64,000 bases of DNA from Candidatus Micrarchaeia archaeon (GCA_038874595.1 JAVZCB010000002.1:128001-192000); one strand, 5' to 3'. Numbered from the stretch's first letter, positions 19,455 through 30,160 are shown. The notes: a model not told the origin generated them from the sequence alone. Translations and numbers: made by a program.

Positions 19455-19506
19455 GTTTAAATGCTCGGTATTATAATATAAAAATGTTTCAACACCCAAA
19501 TTCTAT

Positions 19507-20508
19507 ATGCTTGGTATATCAGAACTCAAAAAAAGGATGAGCGAGAAAGTTATTGACGTTGAGAAAACAATGCTGCATATAATGCCGAACAGGGAGCCAG
19601 CAAGTGTTTATGAGCTTGCCTGGGATTTTCTTAATAGGGGTGGAAAAAGAATCAGGCCATACCTTTTGCTTACTTCTGTTGAGGCTTTTAATGGAAATCC
19701 AGAAGATGCGCTTGAGATTGCTGCTGGAATAGAGATATTTCACAATTTCACGCTCGTCCACGATGATATAGAAGATAACTCTGAGATGAGAAGGGGTAAA
19801 CCGTGCCTGCATATTTCTTATGGTATTCCTTTGGCAATCAATGCTGGTGACGGGATGTTTGCGCATGTTTTCAAGTCTTTAAAAGAGTCAAGACTGACAC
19901 CTTACCAGAAAGATAGAATTATTGGGATGTTTGCTGAAGCATTTATAGGGGTTGTTGATGGTCAGGGATACGAGATCGGCTGGATTGAAAATAATATGTG
20001 GGATATTTCTGAGAAAATGTACTTGGATATGGCTGGTGGAAAGACCGGCGACTTGATGGGTGCGTGCACACAGATAGGGTCATTTATAGGTGGTGCCAGT
20101 GAAAGAGATATGGAGGAGATGCGGCTGTTTGGGTATGAGATTGGGCTTGCGTTCCAGATACAAGATGATGTGCTAAACCTTGTTGGTGAAGAGGAAAAAT
20201 ACAAAAAAGAGATTGGCGGGGATATCAGGGAAGGAAAAAGGACGCTTATTGTAATAAAGGCGCTTGAGAGGCTTGGGGAAAATGAAAAAAGAGAGTTGAT
20301 AGGCATACTCGCAAAAAAAGAAAACACACATGAGGAAATCGTGAGAGCGATTGAGCTTATGAAAGGGTGTGGTGCAATTGATTACGCAAAAGAGTACGCT
20401 GAGAGGCTTGTTGCAAGCGCTAAGAACAGGCTAAGCGTGGTAAAAAACGCTGAAAAAAAGGAAGAGCTGGAAGCGATTGCTGATATGTTCATCAAAAGAG
20501 AGGCGTGA
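19507..20508 (+). CDS. idsA: Polyprenyl diphosphate (GGPP) synthase
   Basis: GGKRIRP, HDDIED..RRG, FQIQDD, DIREGK. Confidence 0.93.
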   Translation: MLGISELKKRMSEKVIDVEKTMLHIMPNREPASVYELAWDFLNRGGKRIRPYLLLTSVEAFNGNPEDALEIAAGIEIFHNFTLVHDDIEDNSEMRRGKPCLHISYGIPLAINAGDGMFAHVFKSLKESRLTPYQKDRIIGMFAEAFIGVVDGQGYEIGWIENNMWDISEKMYLDMAGGKTGDLMGACTQIGSFIGGASERDMEEMRLFGYEIGLAFQIQDDVLNLVGEEEKYKKEIGGDIREGKRTLIVIKALERLGENEKRELIGILAKKENTHEEIVRAIELMKGCGAIDYAKEYAERLVASAKNRLSVVKNAEKKEELEAIADMFIKREA

Positions 20509-20512
20509 TTTT

Positions 20513-21205
20513 TTGGTAAAGGAATATACTGCTATCGTAGGAAAAGTTGTGGTGTGGGCGGACGGCCTAAAATCTATCTACCTGAGGTTTAAGGATGAGA
20601 AGATGGCATTCAGCGCCGGCCAGTATGTAATGCTCCGTGCAAAAATTAATGATAAGCTGGAAAGTAGGGCATACTCAATCGCATCAACACCTATTGATGA
20701 TGAGATTGAGATAATATTTAGGGTTGTTGGGCCATTTACAACATACCTTGACAGATTAAAGGAAGGAGATATAATAGAGGTTGTTGGGCCGTTCGGCCAC
20801 CTAAATAAGGGGATGGCAAAGCGTAGAAATGCTGTGTTTGTGGCAACTGGAACTGGGCTGTCGCCACTCTTAAGTATAATCACTGATATAATTAAGAGTG
20901 GGGAATGTGCAAGATTTGGGTCAATCGTGCTCTTATACGGGACAAAATATGAAAATATGCTCGTGCATAAAAAAGAGATTGAGGAGCTTATGGCAAAATG
21001 CCCTAATTTTGTGTTTTGCCCAATACTAAGCAGGGAAGAAAAATGGGTTGGCAGGAGTGGGCATGTGCAGGCACATATCGGGGAATTCATAAAGGATGAT
21101 ACGGACTATTTCATTTGTGGGCTGCCGGCCATGACTGACGAGGTCGAGAAAATACTTCTTGAAAAAGGAGTTAAAAAAGAATGTATACATCTTGAAAGGT
21201 TCTAA
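20513..21205 (+). CDS. FAD/NAD(P)-binding oxidoreductase, ferredoxin-NADP reductase family
   Basis: RAYSIAS, ATGTGLSP, ICG, terminal ERF; TTG start after an SD-like GAGGCG. Confidence 0.9.
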   Translation: MVKEYTAIVGKVVVWADGLKSIYLRFKDEKMAFSAGQYVMLRAKINDKLESRAYSIASTPIDDEIEIIFRVVGPFTTYLDRLKEGDIIEVVGPFGHLNKGMAKRRNAVFVATGTGLSPLLSIITDIIKSGECARFGSIVLLYGTKYENMLVHKKEIEELMAKCPNFVFCPILSREEKWVGRSGHVQAHIGEFIKDDTDYFICGLPAMTDEVEKILLEKGVKKECIHLERF

Positions 21206-21220
21206 TTTAAATTCATTTTA

Positions 21221-21447
21221 TCTTTTTTTGGTTAGATTCTTGAAACGAAGTAAAAAGATGTGTTCGCCTTGAAAGGCCTAATTCTAAATCAATCTTAATT
21301 CTTAATTCTAAATTTTGTCTTTTTGTTTTTGGTTAGTGAGATTCTTGAAACGAAGTAAAAAAAAGATTTGTTAATCTTGGATGTGGAGGTCTAAATCCAA
21401 TCTTTTTTGATATTGGTTGGGGTTCTTGAAATAAAGTAAAAGAGAAT
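21221..21447. repeat. Three imperfect direct repeats in an AT-rich intergenic region
   Basis: AGATTCTTGAAACGAAGTAAAA at 21234-21255 and 21339-21360 (identical); GGTTCTTGAAATAAAGTAAAA at 21421-21441; each is preceded by a T-run and TTGGTT. Confidence 0.85.
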
Positions 21448-21624
21448 ATTGTGCTAATCTTAAAGGTTCTTAAAAAAATCTGCTTGGATTTATGAAATAC
21501 TTCTCAAAAAGTTAGAAATAGCTTAAAGAACAAGTAATGCTTTCTAAATTTTCTTGTTGGTTTAAAACTTCTTAAAAGAGTTAAAAAATAGTTTAAAGAT
21601 ATCTAGAAAGATTCCAAAACGTAA

Positions 21625-22428
21625 TTACTTGTCGTCCTGTTTTTTATTGAGAATGTCAGAGAGCTTGACGCCTTCTATTGCCCTAAGGACTTCAACAGGC
21701 AACAGCACAACAACTGTGTTGCTCTGGTCGGCAGACACGTCCGCAACCGTCTGTAACGTCCTCAGGTGCAACGCTCCCGGGCCTGAAAGGTTCTCGGCTG
21801 CCTTTTTTAAGTTGGCTGATGCCTGTAACTCTCCCTCTGCCATAATAATTGTTGCGCGCTTCTCCCTCTCCGCTTCTGCCTGCCTTGCCATCGCCCTCTT
21901 CATATCACTTGGTAGCTCTATATCCTGGATTTTTATTGCGGTTATATCTATCCCCCATTCGCTTGTTTCCTTATCTACAAGTGATTTTATTTCCCTTGCA
22001 ATCTCATCACGCTCGGTTAATACAAAATCCAACTCTTTGTTTCCAATAACATCACGAAGGGCTGTTTGGCCATACTGTGCAACTGCATACATATAATCCT
22101 GTATTTTTAAGACGGCGTCCTCGGGGTTTTCAACTTTATAATAAATCACTGCATTTACACTTACAGGAACATTGTCCTTGGTCATTACTTCTTGTTTTGG
22201 AATGTCCACGGTCTTTATCCTCATATCAACGGTGCGTGCCGATTCAATCACGGGAATCAAAATATTAAGGCCCGGCCTCAGCAACCTGTGATAACGGCCA
22301 AGCCTAAATACCACTGCACGTTCATACTCAAAAACAACCCTTAAAGACATCAGTAGCAGGACACCTATAATTATTAGTATAGGAAAAGCACAGCTTAAAC
22401 CAATCCCAATCGTTTCAAGGTCGGCCAT
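21625..22428 (-). CDS. SPFH/stomatin (slipin) family protein
   Basis: EYERAVVFRLG, TKDNV, QTALRDVIG, AMARQAEAEREKRA. Confidence 0.95.
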   Translation of the reverse strand: MADLETIGIGLSCAFPILIIIGVLLLMSLRVVFEYERAVVFRLGRYHRLLRPGLNILIPVIESARTVDMRIKTVDIPKQEVMTKDNVPVSVNAVIYYKVENPEDAVLKIQDYMYAVAQYGQTALRDVIGNKELDFVLTERDEIAREIKSLVDKETSEWGIDITAIKIQDIELPSDMKRAMARQAEAEREKRATIIMAEGELQASANLKKAAENLSGPGALHLRTLQTVADVSADQSNTVVVLLPVEVLRAIEGVKLSDILNKKQDDK

Positions 22429-22481
22429 TTTTACACCACACTAATAATATTAAAAAAGGTTAAAAAATAGCTGTAGCTTTT

Positions 22482-23489
22482 TTATGAGGGTTGTGCTTCC
22501 TGCATGCCGTTCGCTGCCATGTATTCCTTATAAGTTTCAAGCTCGTTCCGTGAGCTGATTATAATATTTGCAGTGCAGTTTGGCCCTGGGTACCATGGCC
22601 GTATCGGTGATGGGGAGGTGCGCATAAACGTCGTGCTGTTAGGTGACCCTGCAAAACAAGCTATATCTGCAGATGCGCCTTCACTTACAGAAATTTCAAG
22701 AACATAATCGCCAGCTGGGAGCGTTCCCTGCTGCGTCTTGCGCCTTAAAATTGAGATGCTTCCCCAATCACCGCCTAGGTTGAAAAGTGAGGTGCTAAAC
22801 CGCATAACACTTTCCCTTGAAGGGGTATTATTTACTACGGGGTATATACTATAATTCAACGTTGAATTGGGTGAGAACATAAAGTTCCTTCTTAAGAATG
22901 TGCCTATTGAAAAAATCTCCGTGTCAGCATCAAAGTGCAAAAGCATACCGTACGTGCGCCTCTCTGAGATGCTTGTATAATTATCAACGTCATAAAACAC
23001 TTCCTCTTTCTTACAATAATTTGTGCTGGATGTATTGCACTCGTAATAGGCAGTTTTTGTTATTCTGTTAATGACTGCTGTATAATTGCCATACGGAAGC
23101 ACCTTCACAGGCAGGGTTTTGAAATCGTTTGAAATGTTTGTGTCTATAAAGGATGCGTTGAGAAGCAAAACAACTGCGGTTATGTTGTGTTGGCCGTCCC
23201 TGCTTGCCGGGAGTTCAAGCTCTTTTGTGAGGTTGCCGCTTGCAGAATATGACTGGGTTCTTTCACCGTCAACTTTTATATCAACCCTGTAAGTTGCTTC
23301 TTCGCTTGTTGATGCTGTTTCAACCTTGATTTTATATTTTGAGCCTAGCACTGGAATTTCCTGGCTAGGTGATGATAAGGAAACAACGCTTACATCTACT
23401 TTCTTATCGTGTTGTTCTGGTGGGTTGGTACAACCCACAAGCACAATTATTAATAATAACCCTATTACAAACACCGCTTGGCGATTCAT
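22482..23489 (-). CDS. Putative lipoprotein / secreted surface protein
   Basis: LVGC lipobox-like signal, beta-rich composition, N-glycosylation sequons. Confidence 0.65.
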   Translation of the reverse strand: MNRQAVFVIGLLLIIVLVGCTNPPEQHDKKVDVSVVSLSSPSQEIPVLGSKYKIKVETASTSEEATYRVDIKVDGERTQSYSASGNLTKELELPASRDGQHNITAVVLLLNASFIDTNISNDFKTLPVKVLPYGNYTAVINRITKTAYYECNTSSTNYCKKEEVFYDVDNYTSISERRTYGMLLHFDADTEIFSIGTFLRRNFMFSPNSTLNYSIYPVVNNTPSRESVMRFSTSLFNLGGDWGSISILRRKTQQGTLPAGDYVLEISVSEGASADIACFAGSPNSTTFMRTSPSPIRPWYPGPNCTANIIISSRNELETYKEYMAANGMQEAQPS

Positions 23490-23543
23490 AAGAAAGGATT
23501 GGGGCAGACAACATTAAAATAATTAGCTTTTTGAATACGATGG

Positions 23544-25328
23544 GTGTTTTCTTTGATTACTGCTAAAGAGCTGCGACAGAAGTATTTGGATTATTTCAGA
23601 CAGAAAGGGCATACTATAATAGAATCTGCCTCTGTTATACCTGAAAACGACCCCACTGTCTTATTTATAAGTGCAGGGATGCATCCGCTTGTGCCGTTCC
23701 TGCTTGGCCAGCCGCACCCTGGCGGGAAACGGCTCGCCGATATACAAAAATGCTTGAGGACAGATGATATAGATGAAGTTGGTGATGGGTGCCATCACAC
23801 GTTCTTCTTTATGCTCGGCAACTGGTCTCTCGGTGACTATTTCAAGAAAGAGGCAATTGAGATGAGCTGGGAGTTCCTTACTAGTAAGGAATGGCTCGGG
23901 CTTGATAAGGAAAGGATTGCTGTAACGTGTTTTGAGGGTGATGATGACGCACCGCGTGACGAGGAGAGTGCAAAAATATGGGAATCGCTAGGTGTGCTGC
24001 GTGAGAGGATATTCTTTAATGGGAAGAAAGATAACTGGTGGGGCCCTGCTGGCCAGACCGGGCCGTGCGGGCCGGATACGGAGATGTTCTATTACACTGG
24101 TAGAAAAGAAAAGGAATGTGACCAGGAAGGGTGTGGGCCGGGCTGCCACTGCGGCCTATGGGTTGAGATATGGAATGATGTGTTTATGGAGTATAATAAG
24201 ACAAAAGAAGGTAGGTTTGAGGCACTTAAGCAGAAAAATGTTGATACTGGGATGGGTTTGGAGCGCATAACTGCGGTTATGCAGAACGCTGCGAGCGATT
24301 ATGAGACTGAGCTTTTTGCACCTATAATGAAATGGATCAAGGAAAATTCAAAGAATTATGATGAGAGGGCGGCACGCATAATTGCAGATCATCTACGCGC
24401 GGCCGTGTTTGTGCTTGCTGATGACAGGGCGGTTGTGCCGAGCAATGTTGAGCACGGTTATATATTAAGAAGGTTAATCAGGAGGGCTATCAGGCACGGG
24501 AGGCTGTGCGGGCTGCCATCGCCTTTTTGCAGAAAAATTGGGGAAATTGTCATTGAAATATACAAGGATGACTGGCCCGAGCTTGAAAAGAATGGCGGGT
24601 TTGCGATTGCTGAGTTGGAGAAAGAGGAGAACAGGTTTGCAGAAACGCTTGAGCGCGGGCTGAAGGAGTTTGAGAGGATATTTGCATCTACTAAGGATAA
24701 TGTGATTGATGGTAAGCACGCGTTCCTGCTGTTCCAGAGTTATGGATTTCCATTGGAGATGACTGAGGAGCTTGCAAGGGAGAGGGGCAAAACGGTTGAT
24801 AGGAAAGGGTTTGAGAATGAAATGGAAAGACATAAGGAGCTGTCGCGTGAGGGAATTTCACAAAGGTTTGCGTCTGGGCTCGCTGATTACAGTGAGAAGA
24901 CTGTTGCGTTGCATACCGCAACGCACCTGCTGCAGGCTGCCCTTAGGAAAGTGCTTGGGGAGCACGTGCAGCAGAAGGGCTCTAATATTACGCCTGAACG
25001 GCTCAGGTTTGACTTTACGCATGGTGAGAAGCTAACACCAGAACAAATAAAGCAGGTTGAAGAGCTAGTTAACAAATGGATTAAGGAAAAAATCAATGTT
25101 GAAAGAAAAGAAGAGACAATAGAAGAGGCGCGGGCTGAGGGCGCGCTTGCATTCTTCAGCGCAAAGTATGGTGAAAAAGTTTCCGTTTATGTAATACCTG
25201 GAGCGAGCAAGGAAGTATGCACCGGGCCACACGTGAATAATACCGGTGAGCTTGGCACATTCAAAATAATTAAAGAAGAATCTGTAAGCGCAGGTGTAAG
25301 AAGGATTAAAGCAATCCTAGAAAAATAA
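23544..25328 (+). CDS. alaS: Alanine--tRNA ligase, short form lacking the C-Ala domain
   Basis: DPTVLFISAGM, GPCGPDTE, DTGMGLER, ADHLR, editing HTATH and CTGPH. Confidence 0.96.
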   Translation: MFSLITAKELRQKYLDYFRQKGHTIIESASVIPENDPTVLFISAGMHPLVPFLLGQPHPGGKRLADIQKCLRTDDIDEVGDGCHHTFFFMLGNWSLGDYFKKEAIEMSWEFLTSKEWLGLDKERIAVTCFEGDDDAPRDEESAKIWESLGVLRERIFFNGKKDNWWGPAGQTGPCGPDTEMFYYTGRKEKECDQEGCGPGCHCGLWVEIWNDVFMEYNKTKEGRFEALKQKNVDTGMGLERITAVMQNAASDYETELFAPIMKWIKENSKNYDERAARIIADHLRAAVFVLADDRAVVPSNVEHGYILRRLIRRAIRHGRLCGLPSPFCRKIGEIVIEIYKDDWPELEKNGGFAIAELEKEENRFAETLERGLKEFERIFASTKDNVIDGKHAFLLFQSYGFPLEMTEELARERGKTVDRKGFENEMERHKELSREGISQRFASGLADYSEKTVALHTATHLLQAALRKVLGEHVQQKGSNITPERLRFDFTHGEKLTPEQIKQVEELVNKWIKEKINVERKEETIEEARAEGALAFFSAKYGEKVSVYVIPGASKEVCTGPHVNNTGELGTFKIIKEESVSAGVRRIKAILEK

Positions 25329-25329
25329 A

Positions 25330-25800
25330 CTATTCTTTCTTTTTCATTATTTTACCATAAATATAGTATATATTTTTCCAATGTGTGCCTTCCCAGTATG
25401 CTTTATTGCAGGATGGACAAATCCAGAAGTTTCCCCCTTTCTCAATAATATCCTGGGGCACATGGCCATACGCTTCAGCCTGTGATATTTTTCTGAGCTC
25501 AACGTTGCAGATTGAGCAACGGGTCTTTTCCGGGAAGGTGAGCTCAATCCCAGTTACTGAAATTATATGCCTTATTTGCTCTACCGGGTCCGTGCTTTCA
25601 ACAAGCACTGAAGGGATGTTTTTTGAGATGCACCGCACATAAACCTCCCTATCGCGCGTAACGAGTATGCGGCCTTCCTTTACTGCTGTTTCTATCAATT
25701 CAGTATCATTGCGTGGGTGAAAGTATGCTGTATCAACACCAAATATGCGGAGTAATATTGCTGTGTTCTTCAACATTTCATCAAGTATGAGTTTTTTCAT
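25330..25800 (-). CDS. Mut7-C RNase (PIN) domain protein with Zn ribbon
   Basis: ILDEML, LVTRD, RCSICN...CPSCNKAYWEGTHW. Confidence 0.9.
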   Translation of the reverse strand: MKKLILDEMLKNTAILLRIFGVDTAYFHPRNDTELIETAVKEGRILVTRDREVYVRCISKNIPSVLVESTDPVEQIRHIISVTGIELTFPEKTRCSICNVELRKISQAEAYGHVPQDIIEKGGNFWICPSCNKAYWEGTHWKNIYYIYGKIMKKKE

Positions 25801-27775
25801 CGGCACCACCACGAGCAAAAAGAGGGCTGTCTATCACTAATGATTCGAATTCTCCACCTTCCCCGGCTATATTTATCCCATACCTTTTACTTAATTTTAC
25901 AAGGATATCTATATCTTTAAGCGTGATCTCACGATTCAGCCACGATTTATCGAGCCCTTCTGCTGCAACAGATGTGATTATAAACCTAAAACCGTCCTTT
26001 ATTAGCCTACGCATGTGCATTTCCTGGTCAACGTGCCAAAGAGGGGAAAATACGCGCAGGCCAAGCCTGTCACATACCGATTCTATACGAGTGCGCTGGT
26101 ACTCTGAACTTATCGCACCTGTAACAACACCTTCAATATTGTATTTTTTTATTGCATCAAGAAGTGCCGTTTCAAGATCATAAAGCTCTCTCTCCTTTTC
26201 GCCGGCAGTCTCCTGCATTATGAGAGGGAGGCCCATGCGCGCAGCGTGCGTGCGAACGTTGTCTATCTCAGGTGTGTGGTATAAATATGAGTCCTTGTTC
26301 CGGCTCTTCAATGTGACAAGGCATTTTATATCATAATTGCGCTGGCTCATAAGATAAAGAGCGTATGCGCTATCCTTACCACCACTGTAAAGTGCTGCGA
26401 GTGGAATATTCTTTTTGTGGTGTTTGCTAAGAAACTGGCCAATACTCATTCCTTCCTTTGCGGCAAGCCTGCGCAGAAGAGCCATTGATTTTGTACCATA
26501 TTGTGCTGCCTTTTTTGGGCGTGACCAGAATTTTTCACTGACATTATAATACTCTCTTAAGATACGGCGCAATATTGCTTTGTTTGTAAGTTGATGCACT
26601 GAAAGAGAAAGTGAGTTTGTTACGACCTGCTTATCAAGAAAAGGCACCCTGAGCTCTATGTTGTTATACATTGTAATACAGTTGTCCCTGTAAAGGTCTC
26701 TTTCGTAAATTGATCTAAGAGAACTTACCTGTTCGTTGTGCATTGCCTCTGTTAAGCGGTCTTTTGCCAGGCTTTCATAATGGAGCGGCCGGAACCGCGC
26801 ATAGCCAGCAAAAATATCATCCGCACCAATACCTGAAAAAAGGACTTTGACCTTGTCTGCAGATGCTTGCCTTGCAGCAAAAAAGATGGGTATCGCTACG
26901 CCCACCTTTACAGAATCGCTTGAATCTATTACTTTACATATCTGTGGGATTTCTTGTAAAATGGACTTTTCTGAAATTTCGGTTTCAACGTGGTCAAAGC
27001 CAAATGTGCGGGCAAATTCCTTTGAATATGTTGCATCTTCGGAATTCTTGTTGCAGTATGCCGTGTATAGTGTTATTTTTACGCCCTTCTCTGCAAGCCG
27101 GAGCGCTATCAGTGCCGAATCTACACCGCCTGAGAAAAGAACGCCTTGCTTGGCTTCAGCTATGCGCTTGTCAATCGCATCAAATAAGTAATCGCGCATT
27201 TCTTCGTAAGAGGTCTGCCTGCCGCTAAGAACAAATATATCTTTATAATGAGACCTCGCTGTGCCATTAGTCACATCATAAAATATTACCGTGCGTGGGT
27301 GAAGCTCACGCAGTATCCCTGGGTTTGCCTTTCTCTCAGATGCTATGAAGAGAGGATTGAATGAAAAGAAGAGTGGGTTAACACCTAAAGGGTCACGAAA
27401 AAGAACGAGTTGGCCTTCCCTATAATATACACATGCAAAATCGCCATCAAGAGAATCAATTATTTTTAGGATTGACTTTTCAGAGTTGTCTGAATTTTCA
27501 AGAAGGCAAAATAGGAGCTCTGCATCGTTCCTTGCCTGGATGCCGTGCTCTTCCGCAAGCTGTTTCCAGTTATATATTTCACAGTTTGCAGCAAGGATAC
27601 CTTTACCTGAAAATGGCTGGACTATATTATGGCCAACAACCGAATGTAGAAAATGTGAAAATGTTATTCCATCTCTTTCTATTCGTGAATGGTTGTCTTT
27701 ACCCCTATGAGATATTGAAGATTCTGCTGTGAAGAGGTTTTTGTTACTCGTGTTACATACAATAATCCCGCACAT
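25781..27775 (-). CDS. Asparagine synthetase (AsnB-like) fused to diphthine--ammonia ligase (Dph6)
   Basis: MCGII, HRG, NCEIYN, RDPLG, LFSGGVDS, ELRVPFLD, then LYSGGKDS, GAISSEYQ and GEGGEFES. Confidence 0.88.
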   Translation of the reverse strand: MCGIIVCNTSNKNLFTAESSISHRGKDNHSRIERDGITFSHFLHSVVGHNIVQPFSGKGILAANCEIYNWKQLAEEHGIQARNDAELLFCLLENSDNSEKSILKIIDSLDGDFACVYYREGQLVLFRDPLGVNPLFFSFNPLFIASERKANPGILRELHPRTVIFYDVTNGTARSHYKDIFVLSGRQTSYEEMRDYLFDAIDKRIAEAKQGVLFSGGVDSALIALRLAEKGVKITLYTAYCNKNSEDATYSKEFARTFGFDHVETEISEKSILQEIPQICKVIDSSDSVKVGVAIPIFFAARQASADKVKVLFSGIGADDIFAGYARFRPLHYESLAKDRLTEAMHNEQVSSLRSIYERDLYRDNCITMYNNIELRVPFLDKQVVTNSLSLSVHQLTNKAILRRILREYYNVSEKFWSRPKKAAQYGTKSMALLRRLAAKEGMSIGQFLSKHHKKNIPLAALYSGGKDSAYALYLMSQRNYDIKCLVTLKSRNKDSYLYHTPEIDNVRTHAARMGLPLIMQETAGEKERELYDLETALLDAIKKYNIEGVVTGAISSEYQRTRIESVCDRLGLRVFSPLWHVDQEMHMRRLIKDGFRFIITSVAAEGLDKSWLNREITLKDIDILVKLSKRYGINIAGEGGEFESLVIDSPLFARGGADEKTHT

Positions 27776-27831
27776 CCTACCCGATATTGAACAAACCATA
27801 TTTATTATATTTAGGTTTCCGAGAATATTCT

Positions 27832-29163
27832 ATGCCTCCAAACCCAATTCTCATAGCATACTCTGAGATAGGAACTAAAGGTGAAACAACCAGACCGCGT
27901 TTTGAAAAGATACTGCTGAATAATATAAAGAGGTTGGGTGCAAAAATTAAAATATCCAGACAAAGCAGGAGAATATTAGTTTATCCGATAACTGAAAAGG
28001 ATAATGCATTCTTATTAAGCAAATTAAGGTATGTGTTTGGGATAAAATATTATGCACCGGTTAAAAAAACCACGTTTAATAGTATTGAGGAGATTGCAGA
28101 TTTTGTTGCTGAAATATATTGTAAAAAGGTTGTTGGAAAAACATTCAGGGTGACTGTGCACAGGGTTGGAAGACATAACTTTAATTCAATTGATGCACAA
28201 AGGGTAATCGGTGCCAGGCTGGTTGAATGTGGCGGGAAGGTCAATCTCAACAATTTTGAAATGGAAATTGCTGTTAATATAAAGGATAACGTTGCGTTTG
28301 TGTTTGATGAAAAGATATGTGGCCCAGACGGCCTGCCTCTTGGTTCTGAAGGTAAAGTGCTTGTATTATTCTCAGGGGGTATTGACTCGCCTGTTGCTGC
28401 GTGGCATATGATGCGCCGCGGGTGCTCGCCAACTTTCCTTTTTGTAAATTTAGGGGGAAGAGATAACTTAACAAAGGTGTATAAAGTATACAAAAAACTC
28501 GTTGATGTTTGGGGATGTGAGAATGCTCCTTTTCTGGTTGCCGATGGTAATAAAATCATCTCTGAAATAACAAAAAAAATAAAACCATCTTATAGGCAAG
28601 TTGTGCTAAAAAGGGCATTCTATGAGATTGCTGAGAAGGTTTGTAGGGAGTATGGATTAGATGCAATTGTTACTGGAGAATGTGTTGGCCAAGTATCTTC
28701 CCAGACTATAAAAAACCTGTGGGCAATAGGACACAATACAAACTTGCTCGTGCTCAGGCCCCTCATTGGAATGAACAAAGAAGATTGTGTATGTAAGGCA
28801 CAAGAAATTGGTACGTATGATCTCTCTATAGAAATTGGCGAGCTTTGCAACATATCAAAGGGAAGTGTAAAACTTTCTGCGAGGCCTTACGAGGTTGATA
28901 GGGAATATTCACATATAAGAGATGTAGTTAAAAACATAAATGTAACTCAAGTTACACACATCCGGGCTACGCACCATAAAAATAATATCACAAAAACCAT
29001 AGATATAGATAAAGAAAAAATAAACTACTCTGAGCTTGACCCTAAAGTAGAATACGTCATTGTATGCAAGGATGGCGTGCGGGCATCTATTGAATGCGAC
29101 ATCCTGCGCGGTATGGGATATATGTGTACTAGCAGGAAAAAACATTCTTCGGATAATAAATAA
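27832..29163 (+). CDS. thiI: tRNA 4-thiouridine synthase ThiI with a C-terminal rhodanese-like remnant
   Basis: YSEIGTKG, THUMP domain, LFSGGIDS, TGECVGQVSSQT, RPL, terminal VCKDG. Confidence 0.92.
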   Translation: MPPNPILIAYSEIGTKGETTRPRFEKILLNNIKRLGAKIKISRQSRRILVYPITEKDNAFLLSKLRYVFGIKYYAPVKKTTFNSIEEIADFVAEIYCKKVVGKTFRVTVHRVGRHNFNSIDAQRVIGARLVECGGKVNLNNFEMEIAVNIKDNVAFVFDEKICGPDGLPLGSEGKVLVLFSGGIDSPVAAWHMMRRGCSPTFLFVNLGGRDNLTKVYKVYKKLVDVWGCENAPFLVADGNKIISEITKKIKPSYRQVVLKRAFYEIAEKVCREYGLDAIVTGECVGQVSSQTIKNLWAIGHNTNLLVLRPLIGMNKEDCVCKAQEIGTYDLSIEIGELCNISKGSVKLSARPYEVDREYSHIRDVVKNINVTQVTHIRATHHKNNITKTIDIDKEKINYSELDPKVEYVIVCKDGVRASIECDILRGMGYMCTSRKKHSSDNK

Positions 29164-29164
29164 A

Positions 29165-30160
29165 TCACAAAAATATCTCTTTTCTTTCCTTATCAATATT
29201 AAGTTTGATACCTGCGATCTTGCTTATCGTATATATATTTGTGGAAGCGTGGCTGGAAAGTAAGTTGTATCTTAACCTGCCTTTCCCTGCAAGTACAACA
29301 TAAACCATCAGCTGGTCTACCATGTTTTGGTCTAATGCATTATGTTGTGCATCTTCCCTGTACAAGCGCAACAATTCATCCACCACCACTTCTGCTGGTT
29401 TGCCTGCCTGGCCAATCACATCAACACCTATATTATAATTATCATACTCACTGATGAGCGTTATGGAATTCCCTTTGCTTGCACAGTTCATATAATTTGT
29501 TTTTATTACCTCGGTGCTGCTGCCTAAAGCACTCTTTATTCTTGCTTCTTCCCTTTCTAAGATGTGTGTGGGAAGATCAGCTAGTAATATGTACGCTGTT
29601 GTCTTTTTGAGTGCACCGCGCCCTGTAAGTTCTGCATTCTGTACGCCAGAGGGAAATATGGTAAGGCATACCTCACCACCACCCTGGGGGTAAAAGCCAG
29701 GCCGTTTCAGTTCAATGTGTGCCTTCACACCCATCCGCTGTATATTCGGTAAAAAGCAATAAGCAAAGTATTCGTATGTTGGCGATTTTATAACGTGTGT
29801 TCCTCCTTTAATTGTAACCGTGCTTTTTGCATCTGCAAATGTAAGTATAGGTATAAGTGCTTGCAAAAGCAGCGTTACCGAGCCCGCCGTGCCTATATCA
29901 AATTCAAAATCGCCCGCCTTAATCTCTGTTGGATAAAAAGATAACTTTGTTGAATTTAAGGTATTTCCTTCCACTTTTGCATTACACACTTTTGCAACAG
30001 CATTAACCGCTGCGAGGTGCTGAGGCAGGAGGCCTGGTTTTGGTCTGTTAGCCCTTATTTTAGTTATTGTGAATGGCGCTTTATATATTGCGCTTAAAGA
30101 AAGGGCAGTCCTAAGGATTTGGCCTCCGCCTTCTAAATATGACCCGTCTATCTCTATCAC
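29165..30160 (-). CDS. rtcA: RNA 3'-terminal phosphate cyclase
   Basis: [36 protein letters not shown]. Confidence 0.95.
   Translation of the reverse strand: MIEIDGSYLEGGGQILRTALSLSAIYKAPFTITKIRANRPKPGLLPQHLAAVNAVAKVCNAKVEGNTLNSTKLSFYPTEIKAGDFEFDIGTAGSVTLLLQALIPILTFADAKSTVTIKGGTHVIKSPTYEYFAYCFLPNIQRMGVKAHIELKRPGFYPQGGGEVCLTIFPSGVQNAELTGRGALKKTTAYILLADLPTHILEREEARIKSALGSSTEVIKTNYMNCASKGNSITLISEYDNYNIGVDVIGQAGKPAEVVVDELLRLYREDAQHNALDQNMVDQLMVYVVLAGKGRLRYNLLSSHASTNIYTISKIAGIKLNIDKERKEIFL

Noticed and set aside
21221-21447. CRISPR array (the repeats contain TTGAAAC)
   Set aside because: Only three copies with irregular spacing (about 105 and 82 bp), similar low-complexity sequence between them, and no cas operon.
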